A DNA stretch of 64,000 bases from Eledone cirrhosa (lineage: Eukaryota), in contig OZ024743.1 in assembly GCA_964016885.1 (NCBI GenBank), positions 243,598,001 to 243,662,000 on the forward strand, given 5' to 3'. Positions 24,800 to 36,084 of this stretch are shown here, piece after piece; the stretch's first letter is position 1; the number at the start of each line of letters is the position of its first letter. Under the pieces are notes generated by a model. That model saw only the letters and a list, made by a program, of their open reading frames with translations. It did not search any database and had not been told where the DNA came from. Position numbers and translations under genes: made by a program.

Positions 24800-26800
24800 A
24801 GTCAGTAAGATCTTGGCTGGAATGGCATCTATTCCAGTGGCCTTACCATTTGGATAAAGTATCTATAACCTTTTTGACTTCAGTAGAAAGGTTAGCAAAT
24901 GACATGATGATCACTGTTTATAGAAAGTGAGCTATTGCTGCCTCATTGATAGCACCAGTAGTAGTTCAAGATACTGTGGAAATGCTCTGCCCATCTTCAA
25001 AAGGATCTTGTCTGACTATATTCTCCAGCGGAGATGAGTCAGAGGCATGTGAGCTGGAGACTATTTGCAAAACACTAAAAGCAACAAAGTCACAAGTCAG
25101 CCTTGTGTTGTGTGTCTGCTGAAGCCTGATCCAGGCAGTCCTGTGTACCATGATGAAATCATCCTTCTTGGTTTTAGACAGGCTGTCATTTTAGTGAACT
25201 CTGAGAAGATGGTGCTTATGGTCCAGGAAGGCTTGTATCTCAGTGTTATTCTAATGAAAACTGCCCAATCTTTTACATCATTAAAGGAGAGTTTGAAATT
25301 TTTGAATTGTTCTCCAGGTCCTCACTGAGATTCTCTTTGACAGACACTGAAAGTTCCTTTGAGATGTTCACCCTCTTGGTTGAATTTTGCCTCTGAGACC
25401 ATTAAATGGAAACTTATATGTGATGAATGTGGTCAGTCCATCAGTCAACATCACACATGTACTTAATCACCTTTATAATCCTGTCTGTTTATATTTATGA
25501 CAATTAAGTAATCATAAAATGCCAGTGTTTATAGCAAAGCATCATTCATAATAACCTGTTGTGGTCTAGCTGATAGAATACAGTATTTTTGATGAGCAGA
25601 TCAGGCTCTGTACATGCTCTCATCAGCTGAAGGCTGTTTCTGCTATACTTTCCAACTCCATTCCTGCCAATGATTCCCTCCTATTTCTAGTTAGATCTGG
25701 CACTGGCATTGAAATCACTGAAAATAGTAAGGTCGTCCTGGTTTCATACAGACCTCATAAGGAAGTTCAGTTCAACAGAATACTTACTTGACTTCCTCAG
25801 GGTTTATCATCATGGCTGCTCAAGCACTGATGATGATGGTGGCATGTCAGTATCCTGTCAGAAGAAGTCGCAGTGTTATCATTGTATGATTTAATCTCCT
25901 TTTCTTCAAGCTATAGAGGCTGGAAGTGGGTTCATATAAAGGTCTGTTCAGTTGCTCAGAATATTACTGGACTCGATCACTCCCCAATGAAGTGAATTTT
26001 AATCAGAACTACTATTTGTAAGCCATATTTCAAGAGCTCTCTGGCAACCAGAATTGTTTTTTCTCTTAGGTCTTTCCAATTTGGCGCTGTCTATGAGTCT
26101 TTGCTCGTCCCAAGTGCCTATGGTTTGAGATGTTATTCCTTTTTTTTTTCTTTAAAGAATTTGTTTTTCAGCTGCAAGTTTAGGATTTCTGCCAGCTAAT
26201 GGTAAATATCTTTTCTAACCTCTTCTTCAAGCTATAGAGGCTGGTAGTGGGTTCGTATAAAGGTCTGTTCAGTTGCTCAGAGGATTGCTGGACTCCATCA
26301 CTACTTCAGTCCCAATGAAAAACGATCATATGAATTGAGTCACCTGTGTGCAAATACATAAGCACAGCTCCCTGTGCATCTGATGTTTAATATTATGCAA
26401 GTTTGTGAATTGAATTTAAGTGAAGGACATATTTAGTTGAATATCATCAGCCTTGTTCTCTTGTCCAGATCTCCCTTGATTAAGAATCAAGGCAGTTGAA
26501 GGTATGTCTGGACGCAGTAAATTACCAGGCCTTCTAATTTCTCTTAGAATTTTACAATACTTGCTAAGACATAGTCATTGGAGCCACTGTTGGTATAGTC
26601 CACTGAATCTGCTGGAGTTAGTTTTCATGTGCAAAGGCTGGAGACCCTACAGTTACTCTAACCTAGGGTAGTCTACCTATCATAGTTGTTTAATGAGGTG
26701 TGGCTACTGCATGTACTGCAGCTACTTAGAACTACATATAAGAACTAAGTGGCAACCAGAGACCAAAAATGGACAGCATGACAAAGGCCTCTATTAGAGG
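24800..26800 (-). mobile_element. Old RTE-1/BovB-like LINE relic (5' UTR and APE domain) with an internal ~90-bp duplication (25897-25990 and 26220-26320)
   Basis: Reverse translation gives IISA..AMMINPEEVK, IFSDFNA, GIIGRNGVGK, ACTEPDLLIKNTVF and VARELLKYGLQIVVL. Confidence 0.75.
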
Positions 26801-27089
26801 TGTTACCTCTTATATAAGAACAATATATACAATTTGCATCTCCTATCCTTTCTTTTAAAAATATCTTAACCATCTTGTTTTGTGACAATCACAATAGAGC
26901 AAGAGATGTACTCTTTGAAAACGAGTTTTGATTCTCTTTACTTACACTGAATTCTTTTCAGAAAGAGGATGAATGTCACAAAATCCCATTTCTAAATTCA
27001 TGGGACTTTTGGCCTTGTCAAAACAGACCAAATCAATAGGACAACTAAAGTTTTGTTTTTAAGTTGCTCCACTTGTTTTTCATTTTTCC

Positions 27090-27113
27090 TAATCAGCCTA
27101 TGCAGTAAAGTAG

Positions 27114-27153
<40 letters not shown>

Positions 27154-27780
27154 CACTATTGTTGATGATACCATGTGCGCTGTGACTTCCATTTTCTACA
27201 TTAAATGGATATGTTGCTCTGTTAAACTTTAAAAAAAATAAAGGTCTTACAAAAGACCAATGCTGAACTTATTGGGAGTTTTTCTTTTTCTTTTCCCTCC
27301 TTGAAAAGAAATCATGTAAATTTATTTTCTAAAATATCATCTGCTGTTAAAATGTTGGCATTTTTCATCTTTTTTGTTATTCCCGCCCTCTCAAAATAAA
27401 ATAAAATAAAAAATCAATAAAAAAAGAACCGAAAGAAACTGTAAAATAAGAATGAAAGCGTGTGAAAATGTACTTGAATGTTGAGTATGGATGAGTGTGG
27501 AAAAAGAGAGAGAAGTGAGAAGTTGTTTTTTGTTATGTAGCAAATTGGAAAAGGTCACAACCAAAATGTTATACAGTGCCATATGCATTGATGAGATCTT
27601 TCAAAATCAATTTTATTTTTAAAAAAATTTTACAAAAAAAAATGTATTTAAAAAAAAAAATAAAGCAAGAAAAAGCACTACAGCAAACAAAACAAAAAAA
27701 ATAACCATTGTAAGTAGATGTGTGTATTCTAAGAAAAATAAATCATATCACACTTGAATAATTTTCATTTCTTGTTCCAA
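27090..27780 (+). other. Possible distal 3' UTR end with polyadenylation signals
   Basis: Unique AU-rich sequence with AATAAA at about 27237 and 27737 followed by U-rich tracts. Confidence 0.3.
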
Positions 27781-28737
27781 TTACATTTGTACTTTATTTT
27801 TATATATTTACTGTAAGGAAGGAAAGAACCGCTTGGGCAGATTTTACAGGCAAAACCAACCGGCAAGAGACCCAGGGGTAGACTCTCAGCAAGATGGTTG
27901 GATAACATCCATGAGCTTGGCTGGTCATGCTTGGGGATCCAGCTGGAACTGTTGCTTCTGACAAGACCTGCTGGAAGGAGTGTTTGTGGACTCTGCCCCC
28001 ATGAGCCTCTCAGGAATAAGTGGGCAAAGAAGGTGACTTTTTAATAGTTTAAGGGAGACAATTCACCCATAATTTTTGTTTATCTGCTTATTTATAAAGA
28101 GAGATTTACATGTTAACCTTAACTACGTTACAGCTAAGCTAGTTTCACATTGTTCCATTTCCTTCATTAACTTTATTTATATCTCTCATAGCTATCTTCA
28201 CTATCACTGTGCACCCCACTGTCCACGGGGTAGCTATTCTCACCATCACTACACCTCACCCTTCCTAAGTCCTAACACCCATACTCTATCTAGGTTCACA
28301 CCCTTGCTTGAAAACCCTGACTGTCATAACTCCTCAGTAGCTATTATCGCTACAGTACCTGCCACACTGCTGGAGGTCACCCCCTATATGTAACTCATCA
28401 CCTTATCAAATCCCACCATCCCACATACATCCTTAACCAAACACCCCCTCACCTTGCCTATATGATAGAAAAAACTCTTTAGTAGTTAATGACCAACAAC
28501 TTTAGTGTTGGTGCCATGAAAATACACCCAGTACACTCTGTAAGATGATAGAAAGGAATCCTACTGTAAAAACCATGCTAAAAAGGGTAAAGAAGTCTCT
28601 TTAGTTATGTGAAAGGCATTACAACCTGTGCAGTAGGGGTGTTTATGAAAACATATACAATGTTTATGTACAATAAAAACATTGGACCTTTGCTATGAAA
28701 ATATATTTTTCTCTGCTGTGAACACATCACAGCCATG

Positions 28738-28780
28738 TCACAGTTGTTTCAAGATTCTCTAATCTCTCATCAGTGAGTGT
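28738..28780 (-). ncRNA. Hammerhead ribozyme core relic
   Basis: Minus strand CTGATGA gagatt agag aatctt GAAAC with a 6-bp stem II; stem I and cleavage triplet degenerate. Confidence 0.5.
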
Positions 28781-29893
28781 CACTCCCCTATTATGAACAA
28801 TGCTATGTTAGTGCTACCAGCAATTAAATCTCTCTAGTGTTGCTGATCTACACAAACAAGAGTTCACATGAAACAAGCTCTATCAAATTTTCAGAATTAG
28901 CAGTGGAAGGTGTTCTAAAAGTACACCAGAGTGGGGACCAGCTGGAAAAAGTTCAGTAAGTTACTCCAACTGCTAGCTTTGAAGGGTTTCTCTCAGAGAA
29001 AAAGTATGGTGTGGGCTTTGTGTGCAGAGAACTTAAAAAATGGGAAAGAAATGAGCATGCTCCAATGAATCTGTACATGAATAACAAAACATCAATGAGC
29101 TAAAAGAGAAACTGCACATAAAACCAATTGGATGCAGTGTGCAGGGAAGAGACTACCTTGGTATGCATATGGAGGATAAGACCTGCATAAAGAAATGCAG
29201 AGCACTCAGTCGTTGGGACTACAGAAGATTTGCCCTCACATGCAGGGGATGGTCCCTACTTGACATTTTGATCCCGATTTCCCTGCCTTAATCCCTACTT
29301 GCTATCTAAGTCTTCATCTTAATAGCCCCCTCTCCACTTTCAAATTGATAACACCCGCATCTCATAGTAAAACGGGCATTTTAACAAATGTAGAATCTAT
29401 TGGGGACATTTCTGAGCATGTTTGTTTGTAAAAAATGAATAATGCTTCAAGATTGGTAATTTTCAAGCAACTTAGAAAATATTACATGCTATTTTCTGTA
29501 ATAAATATTACATTATGTTAGATGCAATGAGGCAACATTTTAATTTTCTAACAGCTGTATTTAGTAGCGAAGCAGACATTTCTCTGCTGAAAAACCTCAA
29601 CATACATGAACAAAATCTATTTCAATAAACATGGAATCTATTCGAGGCATATCTGGGTGTATTAAAGTAAATACTTCTGAAGTTGTTTGTATATATGGCT
29701 TAAACCACAATTTTCTCTAGGGCCACCAGGGCCACAAAAAGTTGTGAAATTTTACATGTTAAATGTGGTATATTCTTCATCTTAACTGCTTTAGACCTAC
29801 AGAAATAGTTAATGCTGCTTTTGGAGTAACAAAGTTGATAACTGAAAAGGAAGAAACACTGTCACATATTCAACATCAATTTATTTCATTATG

Positions 29894-30001
29894 TCATCCT
29901 GTTATGTTCATTTCCTTGACATTTGTCACTATCGACACCTCCCATTGTTCCCTCATCATCTCTGCATTCTTCAAATCCAACTCATACCAAATATTCCATT
30001 C
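29894..30001 (-). CDS. Putative terminal exon EWNIWYELDLKNAEMMREQWEVSIVTNVKEMNITG*
   Basis: Phase 0 open frame, stop, then AATAAA; preceded by ttaac and a pyrimidine tract, but the acceptor is GG rather than AG. Confidence 0.4.
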   Translation of the reverse strand, partial: EWNIWYELDLKNAEMMREQWEVSIVTNVKEMNITG

Positions 30002-30168
30002 CCAACAGAATAAAAGAAGTTAATATTAAAACAATATTTTGTTTGGAAGGATGATGTCTTCATTACAAATGAACCATGTATTTTTTTAAAAACCACAATA
30101 ATAATTAGCATGGTTATTTTATAAACTATTCTCTGGAAGAACAAAAAACCCCAGAATTTAAAACTTAC

Positions 30169-30207
30169 TGCTTGATTTGAGAGATATTTGTTTACTGTTT
30201 CTAGCAT
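30169..30207 (-). CDS. Putative exon MLETVNKYLSNQA (39 nt)
   Basis: ctttattgctgtag acceptor, gtaagt donor, phase 0/0. Confidence 0.45.
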
Positions 30208-30394
30208 CTACAGCAATAAAGGCTTTTATTTGAGAGTGATTTGGGTGCTATTTTTAGTATTTTACAATTCATTATTTTGTGAAACTTAAAGGAGTTTTGG
30301 CTGCCATTTCTAGCATGAGGTAGAGTCTTTGGTTGCGTGGCTGGTGACCTTTTATTGTACTTGTATTGGCTGTGTAATTGAACGTCTGCTTTAC

Positions 30395-30449
30395 CAATGA
30401 CAAAACAGCTAATAGAAGTCAGTCAAAAGGAGGTAAATCGTTCAACTTT
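30395..30449 (-). CDS. Putative exon (G)KLNDLPPFD*LLLAVLSL with in-frame TGA at 30419-30421
   Basis: attattttgtag acceptor, TTG|gtaaag donor, 55 nt bridging phase 2 to phase 0. Confidence 0.45.
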
Positions 30450-30599
30450 CTACAAAATAATCTAAATCGTCTGACTCCCCATCTTTGTTTTTATTATTGA
30501 CATTTAGAAGGAATACATATTTAAATGTGTAAATTTCGATTCTAGAGATGAAATTAAAACAAATTTAAGGGGAATTTTAACAAAACCTTTTTGATCTCC

Positions 30600-30938
30600 A
30601 TGTGTCTAACACATGGACATGCCTACAAAATCAGAAAACAGCACAGCTCCCATGACTTTCGGAAACATTTTTTCACGCTCAGTTGCTGAAGCATGGAACA
30701 AACTGCCTGCGTCAGTTGTTAGCTGCCGAGACACTGCATCCTTTAAAACCCTCATGCTTCCCGAAATTCGCCAAAACTACACCTGATGTATCTCTTCCAT
30801 ACACATGCACACGTGTATATCATGACTCATGCACTGTTCATTTTCCTGACGTTTGTACATTACCCTATGTACTATACATTTTTTGATGAGTTGTAGTGCA
30901 CCTGAGCACTGTACACAATATTTCATTATTATTATTAT
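30600..30938 (+). mobile_element. CR1-clade LINE 3' end (ORF2 C-terminus, 3' UTR, (ATT)n tail)
   Basis: HGHAYKIRKQHSSHDFRKHFF..VAEAWNKLPASVV resembles the CR1 C-terminal GH..K...FF..RV...WN.LP motif. Confidence 0.85.
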
Positions 30939-30960
30939 ATAATACTAGAATACTTAGAGA

Positions 30961-30990
30961 CTAGTGGGACCCGTGGAAATTCCACATAAC
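30961..30990 (-). mobile_element. Helitron-like 3' terminus
   Basis: Minus strand gtggaa-tt-tccac hairpin followed after about 8 nt by CTAG|T. Confidence 0.6.
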
Positions 30991-31369
30991 GAAAATAATT
31001 AAGAGGAGTTATTTAAAAAAGAAAGGATGATTTGCATTTTTATTGCATATAAATCTTGTTGCCTGTGCAATAAATAATGCAAAAATATACAATAACAATC
31101 TATACTATAAAGTTGTATAGCGAATACAAAGCATTGAGATATGTAATAAAAGACTAAGTTTCAAAAAGTAGGAATAATGTGGTAGAAATATATAAAGGGA
31201 AAAGGGTGACAAATAAAACAAAGTAATGTTTTACCCAGTATATTTTAACATGATATTTCAGGGCTACTAACCCCTTTTCAAACGAGAAGCAGAAACGGTT
31301 CAAAACAAAAACGATCAATGTGCTCTTCTTTAAAGGGTCTATGTGTCTGAAATACATATGTTCACTGTT

Positions 31370-31575
31370 GTCGACATCCATTAGCTACTATCATCATGGA
31401 CAACACCTTTTTCCAGTTTGAAGGCTTCATTTACAAACAAATTTCAAAACTTTCAATGGGGTTAAGTCCCTCAGGCCTGCTGGCCATCACCTACATGGAT
31501 CAGCACTCACCACCTGCTGCTTTTGCTCTTTTTTTTCCAGGTACGTGAATGATATTCTTATGCTCACTTCTCCAT
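31370..31575 (+). mobile_element. Penelope-like retroelement RT fragment
   Basis: MDNTFFQFEGFIYKQISKLSMGLSPSGLLAITYMD then, after a frameshift, RYVNDILMLT (PLE N.F.F.G..Y.Q..G..MG...S..LA..YM and RYVDD pattern). Confidence 0.85.
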
Positions 31576-32101
31576 GCCAAGATTTACATCTTCGAAAACG
31601 TAGATGCCCATATGAATATCAGTTTAATCATATTGCTTCTATTAAAATAATTTTCCATATATGGTAGCTGAAAAATAAGCTATTCTAAAAAGAAAATTAC
31701 TCTCCTGAACTTTTCAAAGCAAGAATTTGTTTTTTCCATTTTACTTAATGACACAATTCTCCTTGGATACAATTTGCTGCATCTGAAGAGAACGTCTTCA
31801 TGCTTTACCGTTGTCTTTCTATTTTTCAAAGGCAATATTTGGTTGTAATTTTTTTTAATTTTCTTCTGCGTTCACAGATTGATATTTTTCACTTTCAGAA
31901 GATTCCGCTTTAAGGGAGAGCAGAAATTGTTTGCTTAAACTTTTAATCTATGCTAATATATATATGATCACGACCACTGTTGACATTAAATGTCATAAAT
32001 TTTATTGCCTTTCTGGCTAATCAAAAAGTTTTACAAATTCACAATTACCTCCCTTTTACCGTAAACTTCAAGTGACAACTTACGACCTCAGACTTTCTTA
32101 A

Positions 32102-32770
32102 TCTATACTATAAAGCTGACGGCCGTAAGTAACAAACTTTCCGCCAAGTGGCTGGACCAAACGGCACCATAGATGTAACTTTTTCCAAGTAAGAAAGTGA
32201 GGGTATTTTTGTCTATTGAATTTTGTTAAAAGATTAAAGACATTATTTAAATATTCACTTCTTTAAAATGTCAACACTTCTGGTTATATGACATTCCTAA
32301 CGTCTTCACGAACCAAAGTATCATCTTCCTGTTTTCTTTCGGTTACAACGTTTTTCGAAATATTTACTTCTGCGTTCACAGATTGATTTTTTTTAGTTTC
32401 AGAAGATCCCGTTAAGGGTGAAAGCAGCGATTCTTTGCTTAAACTTTAATCTGTTATTTTAATATACATATATAATTATATATTCGTGTACAGATATTTT
32501 TGCATACACAAAAACAAAATATAAACAAACGCATTTATTTCACGAAAGCACAGACGGCTTATCGTCATTGTTACTGCCGATAAGCCACCCAAAAAAGTCC
32601 TAGCCTGGCCGCAAGATCAGATTTTCCAGAAGAAAAAATGTTACTAGAGCAACAGAGAGACTAAGCTTCGCGATTACCATCAACAAAGCTCATGGTCAAA
32701 CCCTAAAAGTGGCTGGCCTTCATCTGGGAAAACCATGGTCAATTGTATGTAGGATGCTATAGGGTGAGCT
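32102..32770 (+). mobile_element. Internally deleted Helitron (5' TC end and Pif1 helicase C-terminal fragment)
   Basis: A|TCTATACTATAAAG 5' end (also at 31099); 32658-32769 encodes RLSFAITINKAHGQTLKVAG...HGQLYVGCYRV. Confidence 0.8.
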
Positions 32771-34273
32771 AAGGAAGAGGAGAGGAAGGAGAGAAGGAGA
32801 AAAGAAACTTACAATGAAAGAACATCTTAAAGTTTATCCAAGTTGTATTTACTAACATTTCTATCTGCAGGTTCTTAGCAAGCTTACTGGCGCTTTAGTA
32901 TGGTATTCAATTCTCATATCGTTTTTGATTGATATGGTGCATATATCGCAGCTATTCATATGTTTTAAACATTAGATAATGATTGCTGATGTATATTGTA
33001 CGACAGAATTAGCTGAAAAATATTTTGAATGAACAAATAAAAGAGAGATGTTTGTTGGTTGGTTCCTTCGCGTATCACACGAAAAAAACGAAAAGTGACA
33101 ATCGGAAAGTATGTACAGGATTGGGATAAGAGTATATCCAAGAAAGTTTATTGACACTAATTTTATAACTGTTTCTACTTTAGGCACAAGGCCAGCAATT
33201 ACCCAGTGCATTACTGGTACTTTATTTTATCGACTCCGTAAGGATGAAAGGCAAAGTCAACCTCGGCGGGATTTGAACTCAGATCATAAAGGGACGTAAC
33301 TATGCTGGAAAGCATGGCGTCCAACCCTCTACCAATACTGCCAATCCACCACCTAATTTTATAACACCAAAGAATAAGAAAGACATACCCGTATGCTAAC
33401 CTACCTGACTGCTATTTCTAGGAGGTTGGGAATAAACCATAAGGGATTCTCTTTGCGAGTTCGTTGTCAGTGATGATCGTGTTTCGCGGCCTATGTCTCC
33501 GATTCCAACGGTGGATTACACACACACACGCACACATATGAACACTCACACAGGCACACACACACATATATATACACATACATATATATATATACACACA
33601 CACGAACACAAACACACACTAAACAAGACAATGCATTCAATACAGACGTTTTCTCTTCTGCCGGTCTTCTCTTATCATTTGTTAACCTTGGCGAAGCTGG
33701 GTACCTCAGTTAGTAATTAATATTTTGTATTGGAATTTGGCAGAGATACGTATTAGAGCAGACTATTTAAGAGAAATCTGAGAACAATAAGCAGATAGCC
33801 ACCAGAAAAGTGCATGACTCCAGACAATATGGGGACATGAGTCGCAAAAACAAAGAAGTAAAATACGAAGGGAAAATACTTATCTATGAGATCGTAGGTT
33901 AGTGTATGTGGCCATATGATTTATTTCGCCGACCAAGGGAATAATAGTTTAAATCACTACATGATATATTATATATATATATATAACTATTATACGCAAA
34001 CAATCCCACACACAAAAGGCTTGATCAAAACAACTGTACTGACCTAGTGCTTAACAATAATACCAGCCAATACTGACTTAGGGCTAAATAACCATAGCAG
34101 CCAGATTTGATCAGAGCAACTGTTGTCATGTTATTCATTTTATTTTATTGTCTTTCAAACATCAAAAGTTTTACAAATTCACAATTACCTCCCTTTGTAA
34201 AATTCCTGTGAGTAAAGATCTAGTGCCTAATGTATGAACACACACACACACACATATATAAATATATACATAT

Positions 34274-34520
34274 GTAAAGTGGTCATGTAGGAATCACGAC
34301 AAAACGCACCCAACCCTCACTGTAAAGTGGTCGTGTAGGAATTACGACAAAACGCACCCAACCCTCACTGTAAAGTGGTGTGTAGGAATCACGACGAAAA
34401 GCACCCAGCCCTCACTGTAAAGTGGTCGTGTAGGAATCACGACAAAATGCACCCAGTCCACACTGTAAAGTGGCCACGTAGGTGTCACAACAAAAAGCAC
34501 CCAGCAAACACTGTAAATGT
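34274..34520 (+). repeat. Tandem array of a 47-48 bp unit (about 5 copies) inside a SINE
   Basis: tgtaaagtggtcgtgtaggaatcacgacaaaacgcacccaaccctcac repeated. Confidence 0.9.
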
Positions 34521-34751
34521 GGTTAGCGTTAGGAAGGGCATCCAGCTGTGGAAATCTAGCCAGAAACAGTTCTACATGAGCAAGACACGGTCACCTGATC
34601 CAACTTGCTTCAAATGAGACAACCTGTCTACCCCATGATTGTGTGGAAAGAGGACGTTAAACAATGATGATGATGATGATGATGATAGCATACAATTGTG
34701 TAATTCTTATGAGTAAGTAATAGAAGGGAACACTGAGAATATTTTTTTCAC

Positions 34752-34798
34752 CCATTTTCAGCAATAATTAAAGCTGGAGTTGTTCTTGAGAGAATTTT
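34752..34798 (-). CDS. Putative exon KILSRTTPALIIAEN(G) (47 nt)
   Basis: aaatttttctag acceptor, TGG|gtgaaa donor, open in phase 0. Confidence 0.5.
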
Positions 34799-35685
34799 CT
34801 AGAAAAATTTAAACAACAGATGTCGCTAATGAGTCAACAATTTATTTACACATTGGCATCATGGGGAATAATTTCAGATGCCTGGCTGTTGCTTTATACT
34901 TTTAAATAAGTGTATGTGTGTATATGTCTGTATGCATGCAACAACCAATGGATGCTTTTGAAAAGGCCTGCTGTTCTTTAGGGTTGACAATAAGTCTCAA
35001 GATATCTGTGGTTATGCTGCAAACTGCACCTGGAAACAAATACAGAGAGCTAAATGAATACATAAACAAATAATAATAATAATCATTCAATCAGCAAGAT
35101 GAACAAGAATTGTACGTGAGTGTGTCCCAAATGTAAACTATGGGCACACGAGATGTAGTGGGATCTCAGGTAAGCAAGCTAAGAACACAGGTTTTACATG
35201 GGGACATTGCACAGGAGCAATAATCAGAAAACGCTCACAGGAAACAAGTTCTATTAAATTTTAAGAGGGTTCTGTTACCTGGGTGACCAGAATAGCAGTG
35301 GAGGAGGGTGCCCTGAAAGTACAGTAACCAGAGTGAGAACAGAATGGATAAAGTTCAAGGAGTTACTACCACTGCTAGCTAGGTTTTTCCTTCAAAAAGG
35401 GCAGATTGTATGATCCGTGTATATGAACAGCAATGCTACATGCTAGTGTTGTATGCAGAGGACCTACGAAGATTGGAAAGAAATTAAGCTTGCATGCTCC
35501 GATGGATGTATAATAGTAAAGTAGTCGCTTTGGTGCCAAAACAAAAAAGCCTAGCCCACACTGTAGAGTGGTCATGTTAGTATCATGACAAAAAGCATCC
35601 AGCTCAGACTGTATCTAGGTATCTAACCCACAAGCCATTTGTCTATCCATAACTTCCTTAATGCCCACCAAATTACAGAGCAGGG

Positions 35686-35776
35686 GATCCTGAGGTCAGG
35701 TCACTCTTGAATGCTATTGGTAGCATGTAACCCAGTACAACCTGTTGCATGGTCGGGTCGTCGGCGACTAAACTGG
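35686..35776 (+). ncRNA. HDV-like self-cleaving ribozyme, slightly degenerate, probably in a retrotransposon 5' UTR fragment (about 35675-36050)
   Basis: P1 gatcct/atggtc, P2 ccagt/actgg, L3 acctgt with CC, J1/4 GGG, P4 tcg/cga, J4/2 CTAA, in canonical order. Confidence 0.7.
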
Positions 35777-36084
35777 CAACCCCACCAAGTTTACTTGGTG
35801 AGGAGGGTGATTTTAGACGCTCTGCAGGACAAAAAAACAAAACCTGACAAAGGGCGGAAGAATCAACGGCCATCTAAAATCCTGCCAAATCAATGGGTGG
35901 CAGTAGTTCCAGCTGCATTGAAAGACTGGTGTAGTGGTTCTGAGAACAATGTGGCTTTGCAGATGATCAATGCAAAGGCGCTCCCGCTCGAGTTAGAAGA
36001 GAACTATTGTCCTTCAGGAGAAGCAGCGCTCCTGATTGTATTCAGCAACCGAAACAAATAAAAATTTGCAAGTGTAAACTCAGA

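Noticed and set aside
29700-29893. SECIS element to explain in-frame TGA codons as selenocysteine
   Set aside because: AATAAA follows the stop within about 10 nt and no AUGA/AA/GA stem-loop was visible
34925-35050. Possible minus-strand exon with a good acceptor (tttgtttccag)
   Set aside because: The plus strand is an RTE RT fragment (MDAFEKACCSLGLTISLK...QTAPGNKY), and the segment does not fit the exon phase chain
35711-36061. 116-aa ORF
   Set aside because: Overlaps the ribozyme/retroelement 5' UTR and has no splice context or recognisable domain
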